IMG/VR virus record: IMGVR_UViG_3300029922_000001
Span: 248,001 to 312,000 of that record
Reading direction: 5' to 3' (one strand)
DNA length: 64,000 bases
Every line of letters begins with the position of its first letter. The first letter of the stretch is position 1. The translations under genes and the position numbers were made by a program. Below are positions 47,634-56,339 of the stretch, piece by piece. The notes beneath the pieces were generated by a model. It worked only from the letters and a program-made list of their open reading frames with translations. It was not told where the DNA came from and did no database searches.

Positions 47634-48344
47634 TTATTTGAGTGCTTTACTGTTTTTGGGGACATCAATATAGGTTGTATATCCACCATTCTTAAAGTTT
47701 GCTGAACCACCATTACAATTGATGGTTCCCATATGTCTACTGTGCGCTTTACTCATTTTAACTAGAGGATACTTAATGGTGTATTTGTAACCGTTGATCC
47801 AGTATTTTTCTTGTTCTACTTTTTCAGGATCTGGGTTTTCTTTAGCCAATTCCTCTGCCAAATCCTCTTCTGCTCTTTTAAGAGAAGCCTTGGCTTGTTC
47901 AAGAGCTTCTTCAATTTTTCTACGATCTTTAGGAGTGAGATTTCCTTTGATAGCCAATCCTTTTGCACTACCAACTTTTTTAACCACTTCTACAAATTCT
48001 TCAGTAAAGTACTCATCCCAGCAACTACCAAAATGAATTCTGCCTGAAGGCTTAACTTCGTAAACATCCCAGTCGCCTTCAAAAGCTTCTTTCCAGATTG
48101 TGTAATGTGGCGCTTCTTGCCCAGTCATATAAATAACTTCCCCGCAGTGATAGAAGTTCTTTTTGTTATGAAAAGGATTGATTCTATCTCCAGGTTTGTA
48201 TTTAGTAGGCGAAGCGTGATAGAGTTTTTGGGAGTATTTATCCTTTTCTCTCTTTTCAGCACGTTTTTCCGCTTTGATCATAGTAAAAATTATACCACAT
48301 TGGAAGCTTGAAAAGTGTCGGACTTTGTAAATAACTTCCGACAT
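47634..48344 (-). CDS. possible Arr-like ADP-ribosyltransferase-fold protein
   Basis: LYHASP...PGDRINP...IYMT...VYEVKPSG resembles Arr motifs (weak). Confidence 0.4.
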   Translation of the reverse strand: MSEVIYKVRHFSSFQCGIIFTMIKAEKRAEKREKDKYSQKLYHASPTKYKPGDRINPFHNKKNFYHCGEVIYMTGQEAPHYTIWKEAFEGDWDVYEVKPSGRIHFGSCWDEYFTEEFVEVVKKVGSAKGLAIKGNLTPKDRRKIEEALEQAKASLKRAEEDLAEELAKENPDPEKVEQEKYWINGYKYTIKYPLVKMSKAHSRHMGTINCNGGSANFKNGGYTTYIDVPKNSKALK

Positions 48345-48370
48345 TTTTCAAGTTGTGGTATACTAAGTTA

Positions 48371-48634
48371 ATGGAACGCAGGAAGATAGAAAAATGCCCA
48401 AGTTGTGATTCACCAAATATTGATCCTGGTGAGTATTGGTTTAAATACCACACTGATAGATATTTACTGTGTCATTCTTGTGGAGAAACATATGATAACG
48501 CCACTAGTGCTGAGCTAGATAGAGATATTGAACTGCGTAAACAGCGTTATCGGGAAATTGACGCTGCCCAAGAAGAAAAAGATTATCAATTGTATTTGAA
48601 ACTAAAAACTAGATTTAAGGGTAGAGATGTTTGA
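48371..48634 (+). CDS. small zinc-ribbon protein
   Basis: CPSC...CHSC; GTGGTATACT-6nt-ATG. Confidence 0.7.
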   Translation: MERRKIEKCPSCDSPNIDPGEYWFKYHTDRYLLCHSCGETYDNATSAELDRDIELRKQRYREIDAAQEEKDYQLYLKLKTRFKGRDV

Positions 48635-48926
48635 AAATATTAAAAAATGGTGGAGTCTTGAAATAAACAAAATTACATGTCCTCATGAATATGAAATTGA
48701 TTATTTCTATAGTAACGGAGTTTGCAGAGAACCTTATTATTGGTGTCCTGATTGTAAAAGGGGTATAGAACCTGAAGGTATTGAGTTTGCTCCTGGTGAA
48801 TGGCGTAATCGCACTCCAGATGATGACATCATTATTGTTCATTGGAATCCAGATGCGCCCATTTCTAAAGAATGTCTCAAAATGAGAGAAGAATTTGAAG
48901 CAACACAATATAAATGCAAGATATAA
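48627..48926 (+). CDS. small Cys-containing protein
   Basis: CPH...WCPDC. Confidence 0.65.
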   Translation: MFENIKKWWSLEINKITCPHEYEIDYFYSNGVCREPYYWCPDCKRGIEPEGIEFAPGEWRNRTPDDDIIIVHWNPDAPISKECLKMREEFEATQYKCKI

Positions 48927-48932
48927 TGAACT

Positions 48933-49202
48933 ATGGAAAAAATTCGATCAGAATATAAGATAGGTAAATTTAGTGATTTTGACAACGTTGTATTTGATTT
49001 GCAACTTGTTGAAATCGAAGGACCAGAAGGTAGTTCAAATAATGTAGTTCAAATAATGCCAAGAATTGATGGCGCTTTTCTTCAGAGAACTATTTTGTTT
49101 ATGCCAAGTCCAGAAGGTCTTCGTCGCTTAGGCAATGCATTTCTTGATTTAGCAAATGATGTAACAAATCTTGAGTCAGAGCAACTAAATTCGCAAAGTT
49201 AG
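48933..49202 (+). CDS. hypothetical protein
   Basis: ORF track. Confidence 0.65.
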   Translation: MEKIRSEYKIGKFSDFDNVVFDLQLVEIEGPEGSSNNVVQIMPRIDGAFLQRTILFMPSPEGLRRLGNAFLDLANDVTNLESEQLNSQS

Positions 49203-49217
49203 GGGTATAATACGAAT

Positions 49218-49310
49218 ATGAGACTATAGGTAACATCAAAAATATCGGTTTCCAGAGTAAGGAGGGCATTTAACATGTTGTAGAACATTATTAAATCACG
49301 TCCTCCTTAA
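49218..49310 (+). promoter_or_regulatory. leader ORF with two in-frame amber codons and RBS-sequestering hairpins
   Basis: GGGGTATAAT-7nt-ATG; M R L TAG V T S K I S V S R V R R A F N M L TAG N I I K S R P P TAA; hairpin 49312-49367 covers the next RBS. Confidence 0.65.
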
Positions 49311-49368
49311 ATTGTTTATTTCATTCGCAATTCGTCATTCTCGTGTGAATTCAAAGGAAATAAACAAA

Positions 49369-49758
49369 ATGGAACTATTAAAACAATTAAATAAAACTCA
49401 AACAGAACAATTTTTCATCAACACTAATTATAAAACTATGGTCGTTAATTGGAAACAGGCTTGTAAAGATGGCGTAGAATTAACCGTAGCTGATAATTTA
49501 TTATATACTATCATGAGAGGCAAAAGTTTGTTCAAAGCTTTTCGCCCATTATCTTCAACTAAAGCTTTATTAAGAGGTTGTGGTGAATATCAATCATACA
49601 CCAATGCTTATTATATGATTGTATATGGCAAATATAATAAGCATATTTTTGGTGATGTTAATATTAAGTCAATTCAAGCTTGTGTACCATCTGGTGGAGA
49701 TATTGATGATCAAAATGCTTTATATTATATTATAGGATGGAATAATGCATCAAAATAA
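49369..49758 (+). CDS. hypothetical protein coupled to the Pth2-like gene
   Basis: AAAGGA SD; NLLYTIMRGKS..KAFRP motif; overlaps the next gene. Confidence 0.75.
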   Translation: MELLKQLNKTQTEQFFINTNYKTMVVNWKQACKDGVELTVADNLLYTIMRGKSLFKAFRPLSSTKALLRGCGEYQSYTNAYYMIVYGKYNKHIFGDVNIKSIQACVPSGGDIDDQNALYYIIGWNNASK

Positions 49759-50068
49759 ACCACCTTATATTTACATATTTGTCCGGCAAGATATTCCTCT
49801 TGCCGATCAAATAGTCCAAACAGGTCATTCCTGTCAAGAATCAGGTGCAAAATTTGGATGTCCTGAAAATTGTCATTTGGTCTTACTAAGCTGTAAGAAT
49901 GAGCACGATCTTTTGTAGGTAGCTCAAAGATTAGAAATGAATCAAATTAAATTTATTAATTTTTTTGAGCCTGACGATCAAATGGGTTACACAGCTATTT
50001 GTACTGAACCATTAATAGATCGTCGTAATCTCTTTAGAAAATACAAACTCTGGAAATATGAGGTATAA
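49745..50068 (+). CDS. Pth2-like peptidyl-tRNA hydrolase with an in-frame TAG at codon 58 (readthrough or pseudogene; not in ORF track)
   Basis: YIYIFVRQDIPLADQIVQTGH...LVLLSCKNEHDLL*VAQRL...FFEPD..GYTAICTEP...FRKYKLW. Confidence 0.75.
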
Positions 50069-50075
50069 TTCAAAC

Positions 50076-50402
50076 ATGAAAAGAGAGTATAACTGGGAAT
50101 TAAAGGATGCTAGTCGTGGATATTGGGATGTAATTGCCACCGAACGTGGAAAATCTAATCCCAATCCCGAAAATCATTATGATCCAGGTTTCTATGAAAC
50201 CTATTGGGATGTCACAATTAAGACGCAATCTTATCAACCTAAATATGCTATTAGCTTCCAAGCTAAAAGTGATTACGATGAACCGTTGCGTATTTATCAA
50301 ATAGCGCACTATGTTCATGAACATATCATGTTGTTTTATGATGCTTGTATTCTAGAAAGTCATTCACCAACAACAAGAGTGATTTATAAGGACGTAGAAT
50401 AA
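50076..50402 (+). CDS. hypothetical protein
   Basis: GAGGTATAAT-6nt-ATG. Confidence 0.7.
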   Translation: MKREYNWELKDASRGYWDVIATERGKSNPNPENHYDPGFYETYWDVTIKTQSYQPKYAISFQAKSDYDEPLRIYQIAHYVHEHIMLFYDACILESHSPTTRVIYKDVE

Positions 50403-50405
50403 GAT

Positions 50406-50858
50406 ATGTCTGAACGTGAATTTACTCTTTTTATTACTGGACTAATTACAATAGTTATCACAATTATTGTAATTATTGGCATCATTCAAAACACCCCCAA
50501 ACGAAAAGAGGAAGAGGCAAAAAGGAAAGCATTTTTGGATGAATTTCTAAATAGCGAATATGTAAATGATAATTTCCCTGCACCATTATATATTTATCAA
50601 GTGAATCAAAGTGGTAGTAATATGATTTATCAAGCTGGTCATTGGGAGTTTATGGCTGAAGGTTATAGATACAATAATCATATGAATGAATTTTATACAG
50701 ATGGTCAAATTGTGCATTCTTTTCCTTATAACCTTGTGATTAATAGGTGTGGTGGACCATATCGAAATATGAGAGACTTTTATTTTGATCCCAAAGTTCA
50801 TAGATTTGTGACTCAAGAAAAAATGCTTAGTATGTATCAGAATAGTAAACAGGTATAA
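50406..50858 (+). CDS. N-terminally anchored membrane protein
   Basis: TM plus EFL.S...PLYI...GGPY; paralog of the next gene. Confidence 0.75.
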   Translation: MSEREFTLFITGLITIVITIIVIIGIIQNTPKRKEEEAKRKAFLDEFLNSEYVNDNFPAPLYIYQVNQSGSNMIYQAGHWEFMAEGYRYNNHMNEFYTDGQIVHSFPYNLVINRCGGPYRNMRDFYFDPKVHRFVTQEKMLSMYQNSKQV

Positions 50859-50865
50859 TAAGACT

Positions 50866-51315
50866 ATGACGGATGCTCAATTTGGAATTGAATTATGGAT
50901 TTGCGGTATTATTTGTGCGTTAGTGGTTATATCTGGTGTTTGTTCATTCATAAAAGATATAAAAAATGCTGTTGCTACTCAAAGATTAAAAGCGGAATTT
51001 TTATCTAGTGATTTCTTGCATAGAGAACTATCAAAGCCTCTTTATATTTTTCGTGTTCTGAATTCACAACGAAAAGACGCAAGCTACACTTATCTTTTAG
51101 CAAATAGTTATGAGGAAAATATAGCTGGTGGAATTAATTTTATTTTTGATGAACCCAATGATGAATATAGTACTTTGAGTTTCCCAAAGGGTTCAATTAT
51201 CTGTGAAAAAGGTGGACCATATAAAACAGCATATGAAGCTTGCGAAGACAAAACTATTACATTTTTAACTAAAGATTTATTGCTAGAAGCCTATAAAAAA
51301 CAGTATAAACCATAA
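50866..51315 (+). CDS. N-terminally anchored membrane protein (tandem paralog)
   Basis: Shares EFLSS...PLYIF...GGPY with 50406-50858. Confidence 0.75.
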   Translation: MTDAQFGIELWICGIICALVVISGVCSFIKDIKNAVATQRLKAEFLSSDFLHRELSKPLYIFRVLNSQRKDASYTYLLANSYEENIAGGINFIFDEPNDEYSTLSFPKGSIICEKGGPYKTAYEACEDKTITFLTKDLLLEAYKKQYKP

Positions 51316-51316
51316 A

Positions 51317-51565
51317 ATGGACACCGAAAAATTACCTATAAAATGGAGTGCTGTAATAATGTCTTATTACAATGCTTCAATGCAATATTATCAAAAACGG
51401 AAAGAACCTTATAACACGCTACCAACTCCAGAGCATAATTTTATTTGGATTTGGTATAGCGAACTCAATCGTTTGGATGGTCATTGTGGATGGTTAGAAG
51501 TGAATTTACATGCTGAAAAATATGGTAGATATTTTCTACAAAAGAGATATAACAACGCTAAGTGA
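51317..51565 (+). CDS. hypothetical protein
   Basis: ORF track. Confidence 0.55.
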   Translation: MDTEKLPIKWSAVIMSYYNASMQYYQKRKEPYNTLPTPEHNFIWIWYSELNRLDGHCGWLEVNLHAEKYGRYFLQKRYNNAK

Positions 51566-51579
51566 GGTATACTTATCGT

Positions 51580-51954
51580 ATGAATTTTAAGAAATTTACC
51601 ATTTTCTATTTTGATAATTTGGATGACTCTTATCAGAGTGATGAATACCTTGAAGATTTCAACAATCTTGATGAAGAAGAATATAAAGAACAGCCTCAAT
51701 CCAAACGAATCGAATGGGTTTTGAATAAGATTGAAGAAGCACAAAAGCAAGATTTGATTACAATTATTACAACTAATGATTATTGGTTTATTCGCTTAAT
51801 TGAACTTAGTGTTGAACCCGATCAATTTTGCATTTACAATGCAGGTCAAAATTGTATTGTGGATTCATTTGTAGAATTAAAACCAAATCCAACATTAGAC
51901 ATTGGTGAATACATTTTTAGAAAATCGGTAGTTAGAGCATTAAAGGGTGGTTAA
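51580..51954 (+). CDS. hypothetical protein
   Basis: GAGGTATACT-6nt-ATG. Confidence 0.65.
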   Translation: MNFKKFTIFYFDNLDDSYQSDEYLEDFNNLDEEEYKEQPQSKRIEWVLNKIEEAQKQDLITIITTNDYWFIRLIELSVEPDQFCIYNAGQNCIVDSFVELKPNPTLDIGEYIFRKSVVRALKGG

Positions 51955-52213
51955 ATGAGTAAAAAGATTTTGTTAACTGCTCATGATGCGACGATCCTTT
52001 CACTCGTAGTCCGCTCGGCGGGCGTAAAGTTAGAACTTAGGGAACGGCTTCTCAGCCGGGGATCTGAGCAGATCCAACGGATCGGTCGTTACTATATTTC
52101 CAATCAAGAGCCTTTAACTGAGGCTGAAAAAAACCGGGCGGAAGAGCTGAAAAAAGTTCTGCTACGCTAAATTAAAGGGTGGTTAAATGAATAAAAAGAT
52201 TTTGTTAACTGCT
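51939..52213 (+). repeat. 43-bp direct repeat (51939-51981, 52171-52213; 1 mismatch) flanking a GC-richer insert
   Basis: ATTAAAGGGTGGTTAAATGARTAAAAAGATTTTGTTAACTGCT appears twice. Confidence 0.95.
51955..52170 (+). CDS. 71-aa chimeric ORF (duplicated gene start plus foreign sequence)
   Basis: MSKKILLTA matches MNKKILLTA of the next gene; the rest is unrelated. Confidence 0.6.
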   Translation: MSKKILLTAHDATILSLVVRSAGVKLELRERLLSRGSEQIQRIGRYYISNQEPLTEAEKNRAEELKKVLLR

Positions 52214-53317
52214 GGTCCAATTCCAGCAAGATTAGATTCGGTAAAATATATTACTAATCGTTTTAAGGGCGGTTTAGCAATGACTTTAGCCAAAGATTTA
52301 GTTCAATATGGACACGATGTTACCGTTGTAGCATGGAAGCATTCAGGAATTGCCTTTGACGGTTTGCATAGCCCAAGTAACTTCTTGTACGTTGATGATG
52401 TTTATGACTACTATAATAAGGTTTTGAATTTTAAAGCAGATGCTTACATTTTGGCAGCGGCTGTAGCTAATCTTGGACCATTAAATCCAATAGAAGGTAA
52501 ATTCCCTTCTCATAAATATAAAGAGGGCGATGTATTCTCTATTGATTTTACGATTATGCCTAGAGTTATTGATGCAATCAAATCGAAGTATCCAACATCT
52601 ACATTGATTGCCTATAAGCTATTTGATGGCACCGAAGAAGAATTAATTGAAGCCGCAAGACATACTCTTTACGATAGCAAAGCTAATGTGGTGTTTGCAA
52701 ACAGTCCTATTACAGCTAAAAATCAAAAGATTGTAGTTACGCCTGATGGTTCAACATTCAAGGTTGACTTTAAACAACATGTTGAGTTAATTCAAGAAAT
52801 GTTAAACCTAAAACATTATGGTACTAGAATCTTAGATGAATTTTGGTATACAACCAATCAAGATGATAAATACATTATTGATAATTATCCAAGAACCAAG
52901 ATTATGGATATGACATTTGGCACGTTTGCTATTCGCAATCGGGAAGATGATGGTTTTATTACAACAACTAGAGGAAAGAAAACTGGTGAACATGACACTG
53001 CTTATGTTCAAAAAGTAGATCATGATACATTAACTGTGTATGCCAGTCAAAAGGCAACATTAAATGCGCCACTTCTTGACATGGCTTTCAGATTGAATCC
53101 TAATATCAAGTATTTGATTCATGATCATAAATTTTATGCAGATGCAAATTATCAATATAATGATTACGCATTCCCAGGTACAACACAAGATAACCAGGTC
53201 GCTCATAAAGTAGATGCTGATCATTTTATGTGGATTTTGCCGCATCATGGGTATCTTGCTGGTTTTGAAGATTATAGGGATTGTGTTGATTTTATTGGTA
53301 ATGTTAGGAAAATATGA
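52187..53317 (+). CDS. CoaB-like (DFP C-terminal) ligase fused to a class II aldolase-like domain
   Basis: LLTAGP...DSVKYITNRFKGG...YILAAAVAN...LIAYKL...VVFAN; C-terminal FITTTRGK...ATLNAPLL...LIHDH. Confidence 0.7.
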   Translation: MNKKILLTAGPIPARLDSVKYITNRFKGGLAMTLAKDLVQYGHDVTVVAWKHSGIAFDGLHSPSNFLYVDDVYDYYNKVLNFKADAYILAAAVANLGPLNPIEGKFPSHKYKEGDVFSIDFTIMPRVIDAIKSKYPTSTLIAYKLFDGTEEELIEAARHTLYDSKANVVFANSPITAKNQKIVVTPDGSTFKVDFKQHVELIQEMLNLKHYGTRILDEFWYTTNQDDKYIIDNYPRTKIMDMTFGTFAIRNREDDGFITTTRGKKTGEHDTAYVQKVDHDTLTVYASQKATLNAPLLDMAFRLNPNIKYLIHDHKFYADANYQYNDYAFPGTTQDNQVAHKVDADHFMWILPHHGYLAGFEDYRDCVDFIGNVRKI

Positions 53318-53943
53318 TAAATATGTGGAGTAATTATCGTGATACTTTCCCAACACGTTACATTGAAGAAGGGTATTTTGACAAGTGGTTATCAGAAGAA
53401 ATTGAGGATTGGTATATTAACACTGCTTTAGATATTGGCGGTGGCACCGAAGGCACTCAGGTTCTAAATCAACCTAATTTAAAAGTTTCTTTGCTTGATC
53501 CATTTGTTGATAAAAAACCTGATTGGATGTATGATAAGGTTGATTGGGATACGACCAATAAATATGATTTAATTGTATGTCGTGGTAGTGTAAACTATCT
53601 TACTATTGAGCAATTAAAGAAAATTAAAACAATGTTAAATGTGGGTGGTGAATTCATCTTTAATACCTTTGTTAATCCTCCACCTGTCACATGGACAGAA
53701 AGACCATATAAAACTCTAGATGGTGTTAAAGGTACTGAAAGAAGTAAATTTAATCCTGATGATGACACCATACAACATGAGTTAATATCAGAAAATGGGG
53801 ATAAAACAGAACATATTATTTTGTATTATGCTCCAATATTATTTAAAGAAATTTTCCATACTATTCAATTATTGGAATATAGGAAAAATTCTATGATTGG
53901 ATGCTACATTAATGTCCCACCTAAGAAGACGCATGAGGTATAA
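53314..53943 (+). CDS. class I SAM-dependent methyltransferase
   Basis: ALDIGGGT, YDLIVCRGSVNY, LNVGGEFIFN. Confidence 0.85.
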   Translation: MINMWSNYRDTFPTRYIEEGYFDKWLSEEIEDWYINTALDIGGGTEGTQVLNQPNLKVSLLDPFVDKKPDWMYDKVDWDTTNKYDLIVCRGSVNYLTIEQLKKIKTMLNVGGEFIFNTFVNPPPVTWTERPYKTLDGVKGTERSKFNPDDDTIQHELISENGDKTEHIILYYAPILFKEIFHTIQLLEYRKNSMIGCYINVPPKKTHEV

Positions 53944-53951
53944 TAGACGCA

Positions 53952-54524
53952 ATGAGTAAAGTAAAGTTGGTACAAGGTAGTGTTTTGGAACAGGATTGTC
54001 AAGTCCTCGTGAATGCAGCAAATATACATATGCGCGGAGGTGGCGGTTTAGACGCAGTTTTTCATAAAACTGCTGGTCCTAATCTTTTAGTTGAACTTAA
54101 AAAAGCCGCGCCCTATAAGGTGAAGACTGGAGAGTGTATTGTTACTACCGCCTGTGATTTGCTAAGTGATGTTACTAAGTTGATTCTTCACGTAGCTGGT
54201 CCAGTTTATGACAGTAAGGTAACTGACGACATTGAGTTGCTTTCCGCTTATTACAACGTCTTTCGATGCGCTTATCAAATGAACGTGACATCCATCGCTG
54301 TTCCTGGTATCTCTGTTGGCATCTTTGGATTCCCTATTGAAAGAGCGTCTAAGCTTGCAGTAATGGGAATGCTTTTGGCGGCACAAAACTTTGCAGATAA
54401 ATGTACATTGCTTGACGAAATTCGCTTTGTTATGTTTAAAGATGAAGAATATGATGCATTTTATGCTGCTTTGGAATCTGTTCAAGGTGAAGAACTCTAT
54501 GGCTTAGAAGTGGAGCTAGATTAA
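53952..54524 (+). CDS. macrodomain ADP-ribosylhydrolase
   Basis: LVNAAN..MRGGGGLD, LHVAGP, SIAVPGISVGIFGFP. Confidence 0.95.
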   Translation: MSKVKLVQGSVLEQDCQVLVNAANIHMRGGGGLDAVFHKTAGPNLLVELKKAAPYKVKTGECIVTTACDLLSDVTKLILHVAGPVYDSKVTDDIELLSAYYNVFRCAYQMNVTSIAVPGISVGIFGFPIERASKLAVMGMLLAAQNFADKCTLLDEIRFVMFKDEEYDAFYAALESVQGEELYGLEVELD

Positions 54525-54931
54525 TGAATTTAATAGATCGTCGTGTTAATGATGAAAACACTCATTGGATTGCTTATGTAGTTGAGGATAATGGGTGTGA
54601 TTACACCTTGGCTTGTGGACATATTGCTTATGCTCTCAAATCGGTGACGCAAGAAGAAGCGTGGGAAGAAATTTATTCCATTCTTTATCATGACCATAAT
54701 GATGAAAATGATGAAGGGGAAGGTTTGGATGAATCAAGGGAACGGAAGCTTTCTCATGTTATTCTTTTAGAGGTAACGAAGATTAAGCGCGTCCTAGAGG
54801 AAATGCGTGATATCCATAAAGAAAAGCAAGAAGCTATTCGTAAGGGTAAAGCTATTTTAGATGAAATCAATAAGCAACAAAATGAAATTGCTGAATTAGC
54901 TAGATTAAAAGCTAAGTATGAAGGAAAATAA
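54524..54931 (+). CDS. hypothetical protein
   Basis: DNGCDYTLACG motif. Confidence 0.7.
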   Translation: MNLIDRRVNDENTHWIAYVVEDNGCDYTLACGHIAYALKSVTQEEAWEEIYSILYHDHNDENDEGEGLDESRERKLSHVILLEVTKIKRVLEEMRDIHKEKQEAIRKGKAILDEINKQQNEIAELARLKAKYEGK

Positions 54932-55383
54932 TGATTATTCCAAGTGATGATGGTATCACACATATCAATGTGTATTCAAAGGGTAAAACTGAACTAGGAA
55001 GGTTTCTTAGTAATTTTTACCCTGTTTACATTGAAACGGAAGATGGTTGTTTTGAATCAATAGAAGGATATTGGTATTGGCTTGGAACAGATCATCCTGA
55101 TAGAGATAAATTACGTTTAATGTCAGGCTACGAAGCAAAAAGCGTTGGTAAAAATTTCCGTGTTACAGATCGTCTTTACATGGATAGTGAAGAATTTAAA
55201 CGTAAAATACGCGATGCAATGACTTGGAAAATGAATAATAATCCAGAAATGCTTCGTATGCTTCAACAAAACATTTTACCTCTACAACATTATTATGTTT
55301 TTTATGGTAAAGTCATAACACCTAAAGATAATTTATGGGTATTGGAACATATTAGGGATTTAGCTTATGGGGATTTATTTTAA
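54931..55383 (+). CDS. T4 gp30.3-like protein (NADAR superfamily)
   Basis: DDGITHINVYSKGKTELGRFLSNF...FESIEGYWYWL. Confidence 0.8.
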   Translation: MIIPSDDGITHINVYSKGKTELGRFLSNFYPVYIETEDGCFESIEGYWYWLGTDHPDRDKLRLMSGYEAKSVGKNFRVTDRLYMDSEEFKRKIRDAMTWKMNNNPEMLRMLQQNILPLQHYYVFYGKVITPKDNLWVLEHIRDLAYGDLF

Positions 55384-55441
55384 GACACTTAAAATTTAAA
55401 TAATCAAAGGAACTAGACTCAATTTTCATAATTAAACACTT

Positions 55442-55915
55442 ATGAAAATAATAAAATACCCAGCAAGTAAATTAGTGAACTTCATTAGTGTCCACAATGA
55501 AAAAATAGCAGTTTGGGCTGTTCGTTGTTTTGGGTCAATGTGGATGTTCTGGTTATTTTTTGTGTATGGTCTTTTGCCTTCAGTGCCAGCCATTGCTCCA
55601 TATCGTGATACATTTTTGTACTACTCTAATTTTGTACAGCTTATTGCATTACCACTTCTTCTTGTTGGAACTCTATTAACTGGAAGATGGTCCGAAGTTC
55701 GCGCTCAGCAAGATCATGAAATGATTGTTCAAGAACTTAATTTAATGAATGAACTTATTATAGATGTTGCTGAAGTTATTACAAACGTTGCTGAAGTTAC
55801 AAAAGAAGAACATGATTTAGGAGTTCAAAATTCCATGCTTAATGAAAAGTTAGACAAACAACAAAAAACATTAGATGAACTTATGGAAAAATTAAGATAT
55901 AACTTCCCTGGTTAA
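55442..55915 (+). CDS. DUF1003-like membrane protein
   Basis: KIA...FGSMW.F...SNFVQLIALPLLLVG...EVRAQQDHE. Confidence 0.7.
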   Translation: MKIIKYPASKLVNFISVHNEKIAVWAVRCFGSMWMFWLFFVYGLLPSVPAIAPYRDTFLYYSNFVQLIALPLLLVGTLLTGRWSEVRAQQDHEMIVQELNLMNELIIDVAEVITNVAEVTKEEHDLGVQNSMLNEKLDKQQKTLDELMEKLRYNFPG

Positions 55916-55958
55916 CCTGTATAACCTTTATAGGCTATAATAGCCAAAGAGGTTAAAA

Positions 55959-56339
55959 ATGACGATAGATAATGTAAAAGTGAGTGCGGCTGTTGAGGCA
56001 ATTAGTGGATTGTCAGCTAGTGAATTAAAGACACTAAAAGATGATTTGTATGCAAGGTTTAACATCAAAGAATATGAAGCTATGCCTGTATTTACACCTG
56101 TAACAAAGGTTGAAGAGGTTGAAGAACAGACAGAGTTTGATGTAATTCTAACTAGTGCTGGTGATTCTAAGTTGAATGTCATTAAGGTAGTTCGTGAACT
56201 TACTAGCTTGGGTCTTAAAGAATCCAAAGATTTAGTTGATAACGTGCCTAGAGCTATTAAGGAAGCGGTGTCCATTGAAACAGCAAATAAGATTAAAGAA
56301 TCAATTGTTGCAGTTGGTGGAGTCGTTCTTATTAAGTAA
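55959..56339 (+). CDS. rplL: ribosomal protein bL12 (L7/L12), full length
   Basis: [38 protein letters not shown]. Confidence 0.97.
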   Translation: MTIDNVKVSAAVEAISGLSASELKTLKDDLYARFNIKEYEAMPVFTPVTKVEEVEEQTEFDVILTSAGDSKLNVIKVVRELTSLGLKESKDLVDNVPRAIKEAVSIETANKIKESIVAVGGVVLIK

